This document shows, one piece after another, positions 47,191-57,150 of a DNA stretch of 64,000 nt. Each line of letters begins with the position of its first letter. Position 1 is the stretch's first letter. The position numbers and the translations under genes were made by a program. The stretch is from Planctomycetota bacterium (GTDB lineage Bacteria; Planctomycetota; UBA1135; UBA2386), in the NCBI GenBank assembly GCA_016794565.1, contig JAEUHQ010000103.1, positions 14,841 through 78,840 on the forward strand, read 5' to 3'. Under the pieces are notes generated by a model that had not been told where the DNA came from, searched no databases, and worked only from the letters and a program-made list of their open reading frames with translations.

Positions 47191-48156
47191 ATGAACTTCC
47201 TCGCCGGCGTCGACGAAGCAGGACTCGGTCCGATCCTCGGACCGCTGGTCGTCGCCGGCGTCGCGATGACCGGTCCCGAGGGCACCGATCCGTGGAAGGC
47301 ACTCGCGCGTCACGTCGCGAAGACGAAGCACACGAAGGGCAAGGTGCGCGTCGCGGACAGCAAGCAGGTGAACCAGGGTCCACACGGCGCCTGCCGGCTC
47401 GAAGAGACCGCGCTCGTCTTCTGGACCGCCATGCACGGCGAGCTTCCCGCCTCGCTCGAGGAGCTGCTCGGGAGGATCGGCGTCGACGTCGCGCACCTGC
47501 GCCGCTGCCCCTGGTACGAGGACCTCGCACTCTGTCTGCCGCGCGCTGCCGACGCCGGATTCGTGCAACTGCACGGCGCCCTCGTGCGACGCGCGCTCGA
47601 CAAGGCCGGCATCGCACTCGTCGACCTGGCTCTCCGCCCCGTGGACGTCGAAGAGTGGAACGACCTCATCGCCGACACCGACAACAAGAGTCGAGCGCAC
47701 TTCCGCGCCTACTCCGAAGTGATCGCGCGCCTGCTGGCCCACGCTCCGGCACGATTCGAGCCGGGAGCCCACGGCCACCTCGTCGCCGACCGCTGCGGGG
47801 GTCGCATGCACTACGCCGGCGACCTCGCCCGGCTGTGTCCAGGAGCGACGGTCACCACGGTCACCGAGACGCCGGAAGTGTCGTCCTACCGCCTGCACCG
47901 CCCCGGCGGCGAGGTCGCGATCACGTTCGCGGAACGCGGCGAGAGCCGCTCCTTCCCGACCGCGCTCGCGAGCTGCTTCGCGAAATACCTGCGCGAACTG
48001 ATGGTCGAGGCGATGAACCGATGGTTCTGCGCCCGCGTGCCGGGACTGCAGCCGACCGCCGGCTACTACACCGACGGCCATCGCTTCCTCGACGACGTCG
48101 AGCCGCTCCTGCGCGATGCTTCGTTGCCGCGCGGGCGACTCGTGCGCGTGCGCTGA
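47191..48156 (+). CDS. divergent RNase HII-like protein
   Basis: ATG at 47191, in frame with track ORF 46984..48156; 321 aa. GVDEAGLGPILGPLVVAGV (compare DEAGRGxxxGPxV), VADSKQV (DSK motif) and FAERGESRSFPTALASCFAKYLRE (compare ADxxxxxVAAASIxAK). It is longer than classical RnhB. Confidence 0.55.
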   Translation: MNFLAGVDEAGLGPILGPLVVAGVAMTGPEGTDPWKALARHVAKTKHTKGKVRVADSKQVNQGPHGACRLEETALVFWTAMHGELPASLEELLGRIGVDVAHLRRCPWYEDLALCLPRAADAGFVQLHGALVRRALDKAGIALVDLALRPVDVEEWNDLIADTDNKSRAHFRAYSEVIARLLAHAPARFEPGAHGHLVADRCGGRMHYAGDLARLCPGATVTTVTETPEVSSYRLHRPGGEVAITFAERGESRSFPTALASCFAKYLRELMVEAMNRWFCARVPGLQPTAGYYTDGHRFLDDVEPLLRDASLPRGRLVRVR

Positions 48157-48173
48157 GCCCCGGCGCCCGCGGT

Positions 48174-48647
48174 TCAGCTCTCGACGAACCCGGAGTCGTC
48201 GAGGAGGTCGCCGCCCGAGGCGGCGGCCACCGCGAGCTGGTCGCAGCGTTCGTTCTCGGGATCCCCGGTGTGGCCGCGCACCCACTTCCACGTCACGTCG
48301 TGCGGCTCGAGCGCGCGCAGCAGCCGCACCCACAGATCCTGGTTCTTCACCGGCTGCTTGTTCGCGGTCTTCCACCCGCGCTTCTGCCAGCCATCGATCC
48401 AGTTCTTCGTGAAGGCGTGCACGACGTACTGCGAGTCGGACCACGCCGTCACCGCGCACGGACGCTTCAATGACTCGAAGCCGACGATCGCGCCGAGCAG
48501 CTCCATGCGGTTGTTGGTCGTGCGACGGTAGCCGGCCGACAGCTCCTTCCGGTGCCCGCCCGCGAGCAGCACCGTGCCGTACCCACCGGGGCCGGGATTG
48601 CCGAGGCACGCACCGTCGCTGTAGATCGTGACCACGGTCGCCGTCAT
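48174..48647 (-). CDS. rnhA: ribonuclease HI
   Basis: ATG at 48647, in frame with track ORF 48174..49277; 157 aa. [55 protein letters not shown]. Confidence 0.9.
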   Translation of the reverse strand: MTATVVTIYSDGACLGNPGPGGYGTVLLAGGHRKELSAGYRRTTNNRMELLGAIVGFESLKRPCAVTAWSDSQYVVHAFTKNWIDGWQKRGWKTANKQPVKNQDLWVRLLRALEPHDVTWKWVRGHTGDPENERCDQLAVAAASGGDLLDDSGFVES

Positions 48648-49252
48648 GGCTCCGGAATACCGGGCCGATGCGCCGCGGACAACGTCGCGGCGAATCGCTC
48701 GAGCTCCGGCCACAGTTCGTCGAAGTCCGCGGCGAATGCCGCGCGCTCCCGCCGCAGGATCTCGCCGCCCGCGGCGAGCGGCGTCGGGCGTGCGACGCGG
48801 CCCGCCATGCGCTCGAGCACGGCGTCGATGCCCGCGAGCGTCGAGTACTCGAAGAGCCAGCGTTCGCGCCGCATCCACGGCAGCACGCTCCGCAGACGCG
48901 GCGGCAGGTGCGCTTCGTTTCGCGCCAGCAGATCGTGCACGTCGTCGACGAACTGCGTCAGCGGACGGCCATCGCCGAAGCGATCCCAACCGCTCGCGAG
49001 GAAGTGGTCGAAGTACACGTCGACGAGCACTCCGGCGAAGCGACGGAACGGCGGCTCGAACCGACCGCGGGCGCGGCGCACCACCGTGTGCGCGTCGACG
49101 AAGCGGTCGATCGCCCGGTGCTGCTCGATTCCGGCGCGCACGTCGTCGTGCAGCAGCGCCGTGTCGACGCCGCGAACGAAGTCGCCGGCGAGATTGCCGA
49201 CCCGCACGAGCGGGGCAGCGGGCGCGAGTCGCAGGTGTGCCAGCCAGTTCAC
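48644..49252 (-). CDS. acpH: acyl carrier protein phosphodiesterase (AcpH-like)
   Basis: Track ORF 48644..49351. The family-typical N-terminus [10 protein letters not shown]...[10 protein letters not shown] places the start at GTG 49252. A 4-nt overlap (ATGA) joins it to rnhA. Confidence 0.7.
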   Translation of the reverse strand: MNWLAHLRLAPAAPLVRVGNLAGDFVRGVDTALLHDDVRAGIEQHRAIDRFVDAHTVVRRARGRFEPPFRRFAGVLVDVYFDHFLASGWDRFGDGRPLTQFVDDVHDLLARNEAHLPPRLRSVLPWMRRERWLFEYSTLAGIDAVLERMAGRVARPTPLAAGGEILRRERAAFAADFDELWPELERFAATLSAAHRPGIPEP

Positions 49253-49360
49253 GCCGGCAGCATCCGCCGCAGTGCACGGCGCGCCAACGTGCGACCCGGA
49301 AACGCGAACGGGCGCCCGCGGCGCCCGTTCACGATGCCGGCGAGCCGGCACACGCGCTCG

Positions 49361-51259
49361 TCAGAACAGGTTGCAGAGCGAACGGACGCCGTTGCTCAGC
49401 ACGCCGCCGAACGCGTTCTGGCCGTTCGGCAGGCTGTTCGGCGCGAAGAGCGACAGCGCCTGCGAGTAGAAGCTCACGCCGGGAGCCAGCGGCTGCGGGA
49501 TCGACAGCGTCGCCGTCGCGGTCGGCGCCGTGCCCGACATCGGGACCGTCACGTCCAGCGACAGGATGTTCAGGTTGCAGCCGGGCATGCCGAGGAAGCC
49601 CATGTCCAGGCCGCCCGGGAACGGGGCGACGCTGAACATCAGCAGCGTGATGCCTACGCCGAACGGCGGAACGACGTCGACGACGTTCGTCGCCGTGTAG
49701 GTGACCGGCACGGTCGGACCGCCGAGCGTGAACACCGGGTCCGGCGACGCCGACAGCGCGAGCGGCTGCAGGACAGTGTCCGGCGAGGTGATTGCAGGCG
49801 TTCCCGTCGCGAGGCTGATCGAGCCAGGGTCGTTGGAGGGGCCGGCCGGCGAGTAACCCACGACCGTGCCGCCGAACGGCGTCGTCGCGGTCATCAGGTC
49901 CCACACGATCAGGACCTCACCGGTGTTGAGGTTCAACTGGAACTGGAAGCGGTCCGTGTCCTGCGTCGTGAAGTAGCGGACGAGGTCGATGTAGGAGACG
50001 ACGAGCAGCGTGCCGCCGACCGTCGGAACCTCTTCCCAGCTGATCGAGCCGGTGACACCCGGGTCGTAGTCCGCGTTGCTGCGGAAGCTCGGCACGAACG
50101 CGTTGAGGAGTTCGTACACCGAGCCGTAGGCCCAGACCGGATTCGAGCCGGACGGGCCCATGTTCACGAAGCCGTTCGAGCACACCGACACCGTCGGCAC
50201 GGCGCCGCTGATGGTCGGGAAGGCGAGCGACGGGGTGATGTCCGCTTCGCTGTCGTCCGTGAGGAACAGCTGGTTCGCGCCGCCGGTGGGAGCGATCCAC
50301 GCGCCGCCGCCCCACGTCACGAGGTAGCCGGTGACGAGCGGGTTGAAGCGCACCGAGTTGCCGGTGAGGCCGGCGGACGACGACGGGCCGTCGGGGAAGT
50401 ACTCGTAGATGGCCTGCGACGCGGACACGTAGTCGTAGCAGCCGCTGCCGTACGGATCGTTGCGGGCGCCCGCGCAGATCAGGTTCGACGTGAAGCCGCC
50501 GATGCCGTTCGGCGAGAAGCGCACCGTCGTGCCGGCGAGGTCGAACGGATTGCCGAAGAACGGATCGAACGTCTGGTAGAGCAGGCCGAGCGTGCCGGAG
50601 TCGGCATTGCCGCTGAGATCGCTCTCCGGCGTGGCGAACGAACCGACGCCACCGCCGATGGACACGCCGACGATGTACGGAGTGCTGCCCGCCAGCGCAG
50701 TCGCCGAGTCGTACGAGACGTCGATCTCGCCCGACGCGTAGAGCGTGCAGCTGATGTTGAACGAGCCGGTCGGGCTGCCGCCCGAGTAGAGCCACACGTC
50801 GACCCACGTGACCCTGCACTGGCCGGGCACCGACTGGTCGATGGCAACCTGCCACGCGCTGTTCGTGCCGAAGTCGAGGTCGCTGCCGAACGCCGCGATG
50901 CGCGGCGAGGCGATCGAGCTGAAGCCGCGCAGCTCGTCGAGGTAGGTGATGCCGTAGTCGGTCGGCTGCAGCAACCCGTAGTTGCCGTCGGTCAGGTAGA
51001 TCTCGCCGTTCGACGAGACGTAGATGCGGTCGATGGTCCGCGGGGCTCCCGCCATCGGGAACACGAAGCCGAGCGGGACCGACGGCACGGTCAGGCCTTC
51101 GTCCGACACCGTGTAGAAGGATGTCGTCGGCAGCAGCGTTGCAGCAGCGCCGGAGGGAGCTCCGAGACACTGCGCCGCGGCTGCGGACGCGAGGAGAGAC
51201 GCCACGAGCACACTGGGGGCATGGAAAGACACAGGAACCTCCGTTTGGAGACGAGTCAT
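49361..51259 (-). CDS. secreted protein, paralog type D (D2): two NIDO-like domains + C-terminal ~130-aa tail segment
   Basis: ATG at 51259; these are the last 632 codons of track ORF 49361..54685, and the upstream part is antisense to valS and rejected. Signal peptide ends ...SVLVASLLASAAAAQC. It is collinear with D1: LGFVFPM...IYVSSNGEIYL...RVTWVDVW...[35 protein letters not shown] and FQFQLNLNTGEVLIVW. The tail reads [16 protein letters not shown]...FYSQALSLF...LSNGVRSLCNLF. Confidence 0.8.
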   Translation of the reverse strand: MTRLQTEVPVSFHAPSVLVASLLASAAAAQCLGAPSGAAATLLPTTSFYTVSDEGLTVPSVPLGFVFPMAGAPRTIDRIYVSSNGEIYLTDGNYGLLQPTDYGITYLDELRGFSSIASPRIAAFGSDLDFGTNSAWQVAIDQSVPGQCRVTWVDVWLYSGGSPTGSFNISCTLYASGEIDVSYDSATALAGSTPYIVGVSIGGGVGSFATPESDLSGNADSGTLGLLYQTFDPFFGNPFDLAGTTVRFSPNGIGGFTSNLICAGARNDPYGSGCYDYVSASQAIYEYFPDGPSSSAGLTGNSVRFNPLVTGYLVTWGGGAWIAPTGGANQLFLTDDSEADITPSLAFPTISGAVPTVSVCSNGFVNMGPSGSNPVWAYGSVYELLNAFVPSFRSNADYDPGVTGSISWEEVPTVGGTLLVVSYIDLVRYFTTQDTDRFQFQLNLNTGEVLIVWDLMTATTPFGGTVVGYSPAGPSNDPGSISLATGTPAITSPDTVLQPLALSASPDPVFTLGGPTVPVTYTATNVVDVVPPFGVGITLLMFSVAPFPGGLDMGFLGMPGCNLNILSLDVTVPMSGTAPTATATLSIPQPLAPGVSFYSQALSLFAPNSLPNGQNAFGGVLSNGVRSLCNLF

Positions 51260-51427
51260 GGACACCGGTCGCAACTGGGAACGAGGGCGCGCCGGTGGTG
51301 GTCGGGAACCTACTCCAACCGCGCAAGCGCGTCGACTCCGCTTGTCGGTGACGGATTTGTCCCACCGCGCGCGCGGAAGCACACGCGTGCCTCGGTCGCA
51401 GGCCGTGCCTACACTCCCCGCCCGCCG

Positions 51428-54400
51428 ATGAGCACCGAACTGCCCACGAAGTACGACCCGCAGACCCTGGAGCCGGCCGTGACGGCGCGATGGCTCGACC
51501 ACAAGGCGTTCGCCGCGCTGCCTGACGGCCGTGCGAATCGCTACGTCGTGATGATGCCGCTGCCGAACGTCACCGGCGCCCTCCACATGGGGCACGCGAT
51601 GGACAACGTCATGCAGGACCTGCTCATCCGCTGGCACCGCATGCAGGGTGACAACACCCTGTGGCAGGCCGGCACCGACCACGCCGGCATCGCGACGCAG
51701 GCCGTCGTCGAGAAGCGCCTGAAGGAGATCGAGAACAAGACGCGCCACGACGTCGGCCGCGCGGGTCTGGTGCAACGCATCCACGACTGGGCGGCCCAGA
51801 GCAAGAAACGCATCGTCGGCCAGCAGCAGGCCATGGGCTGCTCGTGCGACTGGGACCGCGCCCGCTTCACGATGGACGACGTCTGCGCCCGCTCCGTGCG
51901 CCACACGTTCTTCGCGATGTTCAAGGACGGCCTGATCTTCCGCGGCAACCGCCTCGTGAACTGGGACTGCGCGCTGCAGACCGCCGTCGCCGACGACGAG
52001 CTCTACAAGGCGACGGTGCAGGGCAAGTTCCACTACCTGCGCTACCCCGTGGTCGCTGCGGCGGCGGGCGAACCACAGCACGTGGTCGTCGCGACCACCC
52101 GCCCCGAGACGATGCTCGGCGACACAGCGGTGGCCGTGCATCCCGAGCCGACCAAGGCGCTGCGTGCGGCCGTCGAGGCGCAGCGTCGCACGGTCGCCGA
52201 CGCCCCGGCGAAGGAGCGCGCGGACGCGGAGCGCGAACTCGAACGGCTCGAGCAGCGCCTCCGCGACCTGCTGCCGACGCTCGAACGGATCGCGCAGATG
52301 GCGAAGGCGGGCCGCAAGGTGAAGCTGCCGCTCGTGGATCGAGAGATCCCGATCGTGCTCGACGCATGGGCCGACCCGTCGCTCGGCACCGGCTGCGTGA
52401 AGATCACGCCGGCGCACGACCCCAACGACTACCAGGTGTGGCAGCGCCACCCGCAGATCGGCGCGGTCAACGTGCTGAACCCGGACGGCACGATCAGCGA
52501 CCAGGGCGGCCCGTACCGCGGCCAGGATCGCTTCGTGGCACGGAAGAACGTGATGGCCGACCTCGAGCGACTGGGGCTCGTCGAACGGATCGAGGACCGC
52601 ACGATCGAGATCGACCACAGCGATCGCAGCAAGACGATCGTCGAGCCGTACCTGAGCAAACAGTGGTTCGTGCGCATGGGCGACGTCGAGGGCGGCGTCG
52701 TGATGGGCCGCGGCACGAACAAGGAGTTCCGCAGCGCCGGCTTGGCGCAGGCGGCGCTCGACGCGTCGGCCGGCACACTGCCGCCGTTCGCCGACGGCAG
52801 CGCGCGAAAGGCGGTCGCGTTCCATCCCGATCCCGAGCGCTACCGGAAGATGTACGACCAGTGGCTCGCCGAGAAGCGCGACTGGTGCATCAGCCGCCAG
52901 CTCTGGTGGGGTCACCGCATTCCGGTGTGGCGCGGTGACATGGCGACCAACCGCCTGTTGATGCTCGAGCCCATGCTCGGCTCGCAGCTCGCACGCAACG
53001 ACGTCGCCGCATGGGTGCTGCTGCCGGACGGCACACGCCTGTCGCCGAAGGACGCGTTCGCGCAGTGCAAGGGCCCGGGCGCGCCGACGTCCGTCGAAGT
53101 GCAGGTCTGCTTCCTCGATGCGAAGAACGACGAGATGCTCGGCGCGATCCTCCAGGGCGCCGGACTGCAGCTCGATCCCGACGTGCTCGACACGTGGTTC
53201 AGCAGCGCGCTGTGGCCGCACAGCACGCTCGGCTGGCCCGACCCGCAGACGGCGAAGGTCGACCCCGGCCAGACCTCGCTCGCCGCGAACGGCATCACGC
53301 CCGACGCGCTGTCGTACTGGTACCCGGGTTCGTGCCTCGTCACGGGCCGCGACATCATCACCCTGTGGGTCGCGCGCATGGTGATGACGGGCCTCTACAA
53401 CCTCGGCGACGTGCCGTTCACCAGCGTGTTCCTGCACGCGACCATCCTCGACGGCAAGGGCGAGCGGATGAGCAAGAGCAAGGGCAACGGCATCGACCCG
53501 CTCGACATCATCCAGCGCTACGGCGCCGATGCGCTGCGCTACGTCGTGTGCGAACTGCAGACGGGCACGCAGGACATCCGGCTGCCGGTGCAGGCGATCT
53601 CCCCGTTCACGAAGCCCGGCGAACCCGAGCAGCTCGTCGATCTGGCGACCGCGAAGCCGGGCCCCTACCTCGGCACCTTCCTCGATCCCGCGACGAAGCA
53701 ACCGATGGACCTCATCGGCCAGTACACGGCCGAGGGCATCACGCCGGCGAAGGCGACCAGCGAACGCTTCGCCGTCGGCGGCAACTTCTGCAACAAGCTC
53801 TTCAACGCGGCGCGCTTCGCGTTCCTGAACCTCGAAGGCACCGCTTTCCGACCGCTCGAAGTCGGCAAGCTGCCGATCGAGGACCGCTGGATCCTGTCGC
53901 GCCTGCAGGCGGCGATCGCCTCGGTGCAGAAGAGCCTCGAGGCGTACAACCCGTCGGCGGCCATCGGGACGGCGCGCGACTTCTTCTGGAACGAACTCTG
54001 CGACTGGTACCTCGAGATGGTGAAGCCGCGCTTCAAGGACGGCGCCGATGCCGCGGGGCGCGCCGACGCACAGCAGGTGCTGGCGGCGGTGATGGACCAG
54101 ACGCTGCGGCTGCTGCACCCGTTCGTGCCGTTCCTCACCGAGACGCTGTGGACGAAGCTGAACGAACTCGCTCCGCGGCGCGGCGTGGTGACGGAGTTCG
54201 TGCCGAGCGCGATGCTGGTGCAGGCGAAGTGGCCCACGGGTGACGCGCGCTGGCCCGCCCCGTCGATCGAGCGCGACATCGCGTCGATGCGAGACTGGTG
54301 CGTCGCGATCCGCGAGACCCGGGCGCGCTACCAGGTGCCGCCGCGCGATCGCCTCGTAGCCCGCTTCTCGGCGGCTGGCGACGCCGCGACGACGCTGCGA

Positions 54401-54730
54401 GCCACCGCGTCCCTGCTCGCGCACATGAGCGGCCTCGCCGAGATCACCATCGACACGAACGCCGAGCGCACGCCGGACAGCGCGACCGTCGTGCTCGGTG
54501 CCTGCAAGGCGTTCCTGCTCGGCGTCGTCGACCTCGCCAAGGAGAAGGCCAGGCTCGACAAGGAAGCCGAGAAGCTGCGCTCCCAGATCGCCGGCATCGA
54601 GAAGAAGCTGGGCAACGAGGGCTTCGTCGCGAAGGCCCCGCCCGCCGTCATCGAGAAGGAGCGCGCTGCGCTGGCGGCGCTGCAAGCGCAGCTCGCCGGT
54701 GTCGAGCAGAGTCTTCGCGACCTCGCCTGA
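51428..54730 (+). CDS. valS: valine--tRNA ligase (long form, 1100 aa)
   Basis: ATG at 51428, in frame with track ORF 48668..54730. PLPNVTGALHMGHA (HIGH), TGCVKITPAHDPNDY, DWCISRQLWWGHRIPVW, DVLDTWFSSALWP and ERMSKSKGN (KMSKS), plus a C-terminal coiled coil. Confidence 0.95.
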   Translation: MSTELPTKYDPQTLEPAVTARWLDHKAFAALPDGRANRYVVMMPLPNVTGALHMGHAMDNVMQDLLIRWHRMQGDNTLWQAGTDHAGIATQAVVEKRLKEIENKTRHDVGRAGLVQRIHDWAAQSKKRIVGQQQAMGCSCDWDRARFTMDDVCARSVRHTFFAMFKDGLIFRGNRLVNWDCALQTAVADDELYKATVQGKFHYLRYPVVAAAAGEPQHVVVATTRPETMLGDTAVAVHPEPTKALRAAVEAQRRTVADAPAKERADAERELERLEQRLRDLLPTLERIAQMAKAGRKVKLPLVDREIPIVLDAWADPSLGTGCVKITPAHDPNDYQVWQRHPQIGAVNVLNPDGTISDQGGPYRGQDRFVARKNVMADLERLGLVERIEDRTIEIDHSDRSKTIVEPYLSKQWFVRMGDVEGGVVMGRGTNKEFRSAGLAQAALDASAGTLPPFADGSARKAVAFHPDPERYRKMYDQWLAEKRDWCISRQLWWGHRIPVWRGDMATNRLLMLEPMLGSQLARNDVAAWVLLPDGTRLSPKDAFAQCKGPGAPTSVEVQVCFLDAKNDEMLGAILQGAGLQLDPDVLDTWFSSALWPHSTLGWPDPQTAKVDPGQTSLAANGITPDALSYWYPGSCLVTGRDIITLWVARMVMTGLYNLGDVPFTSVFLHATILDGKGERMSKSKGNGIDPLDIIQRYGADALRYVVCELQTGTQDIRLPVQAISPFTKPGEPEQLVDLATAKPGPYLGTFLDPATKQPMDLIGQYTAEGITPAKATSERFAVGGNFCNKLFNAARFAFLNLEGTAFRPLEVGKLPIEDRWILSRLQAAIASVQKSLEAYNPSAAIGTARDFFWNELCDWYLEMVKPRFKDGADAAGRADAQQVLAAVMDQTLRLLHPFVPFLTETLWTKLNELAPRRGVVTEFVPSAMLVQAKWPTGDARWPAPSIERDIASMRDWCVAIRETRARYQVPPRDRLVARFSAAGDAATTLRATASLLAHMSGLAEITIDTNAERTPDSATVVLGACKAFLLGVVDLAKEKARLDKEAEKLRSQIAGIEKKLGNEGFVAKAPPAVIEKERAALAALQAQLAGVEQSLRDLA

Positions 54731-54748
54731 TCCGGCGGACGGCGCCGT

Positions 54749-55786
54749 TCAGCGGATCTTGTCGTCGTAGAGCGAGGCGAGGTCCTGCAGCCGCGCGCCC
54801 TTCTCGTCGCAGACCGCGAACTGGTCCGCGTAGAGGCCCGCCGAGCCGAACTGGCCGCTCTTGTCGATCCCGTAGAACTTCACCTGGAAGGCGGGCCGCC
54901 CCTGGTCGTCGAGCAGTCGCTTCACCTTGGTCAGTCGCACCACGCGTTTCACGGCCTCCATGCACGCATCCGTCGGCGACTTGCCGAGCGCCATCTGGTG
55001 CACGACGAATGCGCCGCCGTTCGACAGGATGCACGCTTCGCCGCGGCCCGTCGAACCGCCGGTGCCGACGTCGTTGTCGCAGTAGTTGCCGCAGCCGAGC
55101 AGCGGCGAGTCGCCGACGCGCCCCGGGATCTTGAACGCGAGGCCCGACGTGGTCGTGCACGAACCGACGTCGCCGTTCGCGGCGACCGCGCCCAGGTGGA
55201 TCGTGCCGGTCTTGTGTGCGTACTTCTTGAACCACTCCTTGCCGTGCTCGCCGTTCTCCTCCGGCGACACCCACTTGTCGATCGACGACCGCTTCTCGCG
55301 CCACTCGATCCACTTCTGCCGCGACTTCTCCGTGAGCAGGTTCTCGGCGACGAAGCCGTGCGCGAGGGCAAACCGCAGCGCTCCCTCGCCGACGAGCAGC
55401 ACGTGGTCGGTGTGGCGCATCACCTTCAGCGCCACCTGCGCCGGGTTCTTGATGCTCTGCAGCGCGCCCACCGCGCCGCCGAGACCCGACGGACCGTCCA
55501 TCACGCATGCATCGAGTTCGACGACGCCCTCCTCGTTCGGCAGGCCGCCGAGACCGACGCTGTCGTCCTCGGGATCGTTCTCGACGAGTTCGACTCCGGC
55601 GACCGCGGCGTCGACCGGGCGCCATCCCTCGTTCATGCGCTGCACGGCCAGTTCGACCGCCTTCACGCCGTTCTCGCTCGCGATCGCGACGGGAGAACGC
55701 AGTCGCCGCGGAGCGACGAACGCAGGTGCGACGAACGCGCCGGCTGCCGCCGACTGGAGGAAACGACGCCGGGAGAAGTCGCTCAT
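54749..55786 (-). CDS. Ntn-hydrolase, glycosylasparaginase/isoaspartyl-peptidase family, Tat signal
   Basis: ATG at 55786, in frame with track ORF 54749..56473; 345 aa. The twin-arginine start is MSDFSRRRFLQSAAAGAF. The autoprocessing context is HKTGTIHLGAV, followed by GRVGDSPLLGCGNYCD and GSTGRGEA. Confidence 0.8.
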   Translation of the reverse strand: MSDFSRRRFLQSAAAGAFVAPAFVAPRRLRSPVAIASENGVKAVELAVQRMNEGWRPVDAAVAGVELVENDPEDDSVGLGGLPNEEGVVELDACVMDGPSGLGGAVGALQSIKNPAQVALKVMRHTDHVLLVGEGALRFALAHGFVAENLLTEKSRQKWIEWREKRSSIDKWVSPEENGEHGKEWFKKYAHKTGTIHLGAVAANGDVGSCTTTSGLAFKIPGRVGDSPLLGCGNYCDNDVGTGGSTGRGEACILSNGGAFVVHQMALGKSPTDACMEAVKRVVRLTKVKRLLDDQGRPAFQVKFYGIDKSGQFGSAGLYADQFAVCDEKGARLQDLASLYDDKIR

Positions 55787-55883
55787 CCGGGCGAAGCTAC
55801 ACCGCCGACGCCCGCCGATCACCGTTGTCGGGAACGTCGCCGCGCGATTGAACCGCCGGCAGTCGGCGCCGTTGCGCGCCCCC

Positions 55884-57113
55884 ATGCACTCGCTCCCGAC
55901 CATCGCGTTCGCGGCGTTCGTGGCCGCCCCGCCCCTCGTCGCCCAGGCTCCGTCGATCCGGAAGGACCCGCCGCAGGAACGGGCTCCGGCGTCGCCGGTG
56001 AAGCCCGTGCTCGCGCTCGGCGATGCGGGGATGGCGCGCGCTGCGCTCGCCAGGACGAAGCCGAAGGCCGCGGCGGCGATCCTGCTCGGCGTCGAGTGGC
56101 TCGTCGCGCACCAGAACAAGGATGGCCGCTGGGACTCCGACGGATTCGTGGCGCACGACGGCGACTCGCCGAGCGGCGGCCCCGGCAACCCGACGCAGGA
56201 TGTCGCGGTCACGGGACTCGCGGTCCTCGCCCTCGCCCGCGAAGGTCGCGCGCCGGCCGACGACCCCCGGCGCGAGCCGCTGCTCCGTGCGGTGCACTGG
56301 CTCGTCGAGCAGCAGGAGGACAACGGGAGGCTCGGCCCGGCCACCGTGCACGACTTCGTGTACGGCCACGCGATCGGCGCGTTCGCACTGTGCGCGGCGG
56401 TCGCGGCCACCGACAGCGACGAAGCGCGCGGTGCGGCGCAGAACGCACTCGCGCACCTCGAGGCGCACCGCAACCCGTTCGGGGTGTGGCGCTACCAGCC
56501 CCGCGACAACGACAACGACTCCTCGGTCACGACGTGGGCCACGATGGCCTTGCTCGCCGGCGCGGAGGTCGGGATCGCGCCGCCGGCCCGCGCGCTGCAG
56601 CAGGTCGCCACGTGGTTCGACCTGGTCACCGACGAAGGCGGTCGCGCGGGCTACACGAAGCGCGGCGAGGCGAGTTCGCGCCAGGTGCGGACCGCGGGCC
56701 AGTTCCCGCCCGACCGCGGCGAAGCGATGACCGCGGCCGCACTGTGGTGTCGTTCGGCCCTCGGGCAGAACGCGACCGGCAACCCGGTGATCGCGGCCGG
56801 CGCGAAGCTGCTCCTCGGCAAGCCCCCCAGGTGGGATCCGGCCAGCGGCGACGTCGACTACTGCTACTGGCTGTTCGGTACGGAGGCGATGCGACGCCTC
56901 GGCGGCGCGGACCGCGACGCGTGGAACGACGAGCTGCTCGCGGCCATCCTGCCGGGCCAACGCACCGACGCGACAGCAGCGGGCTCCTGGGATCCGGTCG
57001 ATCCGTGGGGCGGCGACGGTGGACGTCTGTACTCGACTGCGCTCGCTGTCATGGCCCTGCAGGGCCTCTACGCCTTGAACGACACGAGCAAGGCGGACGC
57101 CGAGCCCAGGTGA
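55884..57113 (+). CDS. secreted prenyltransferase/squalene-oxidase-repeat (alpha/alpha-toroid) protein
   Basis: ATG at 55884, in frame with track ORF 55086..57113; 409 aa. Signal peptide is MHSLPTIAFAAFVAAPPLVAQA. Repeats are GVEWLVAHQNKDGRWDSDG, AVHWLVEQQEDNGRLG, LEAHRNPFGVWRY and AILPGQRTDATAAGSWDP. Confidence 0.65.
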   Translation: MHSLPTIAFAAFVAAPPLVAQAPSIRKDPPQERAPASPVKPVLALGDAGMARAALARTKPKAAAAILLGVEWLVAHQNKDGRWDSDGFVAHDGDSPSGGPGNPTQDVAVTGLAVLALAREGRAPADDPRREPLLRAVHWLVEQQEDNGRLGPATVHDFVYGHAIGAFALCAAVAATDSDEARGAAQNALAHLEAHRNPFGVWRYQPRDNDNDSSVTTWATMALLAGAEVGIAPPARALQQVATWFDLVTDEGGRAGYTKRGEASSRQVRTAGQFPPDRGEAMTAAALWCRSALGQNATGNPVIAAGAKLLLGKPPRWDPASGDVDYCYWLFGTEAMRRLGGADRDAWNDELLAAILPGQRTDATAAGSWDPVDPWGGDGGRLYSTALAVMALQGLYALNDTSKADAEPR

Positions 57114-57150
57114 TCCTGGCTCCGCGCGCGAACGCACCTACGCTGCGGCG

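Noticed and set aside
48668-51427. 920-codon N-terminal extension of the valS ORF, and the matching 51260..54685 part of minus ORF 49361..54685
   Set aside because: ValRS homology starts at MSTELPTKYDP (ATG 51428), and the D2 paralog starts at ATG 51259 with a signal peptide. The extensions are antisense to each other's real genes and are Arg-rich.
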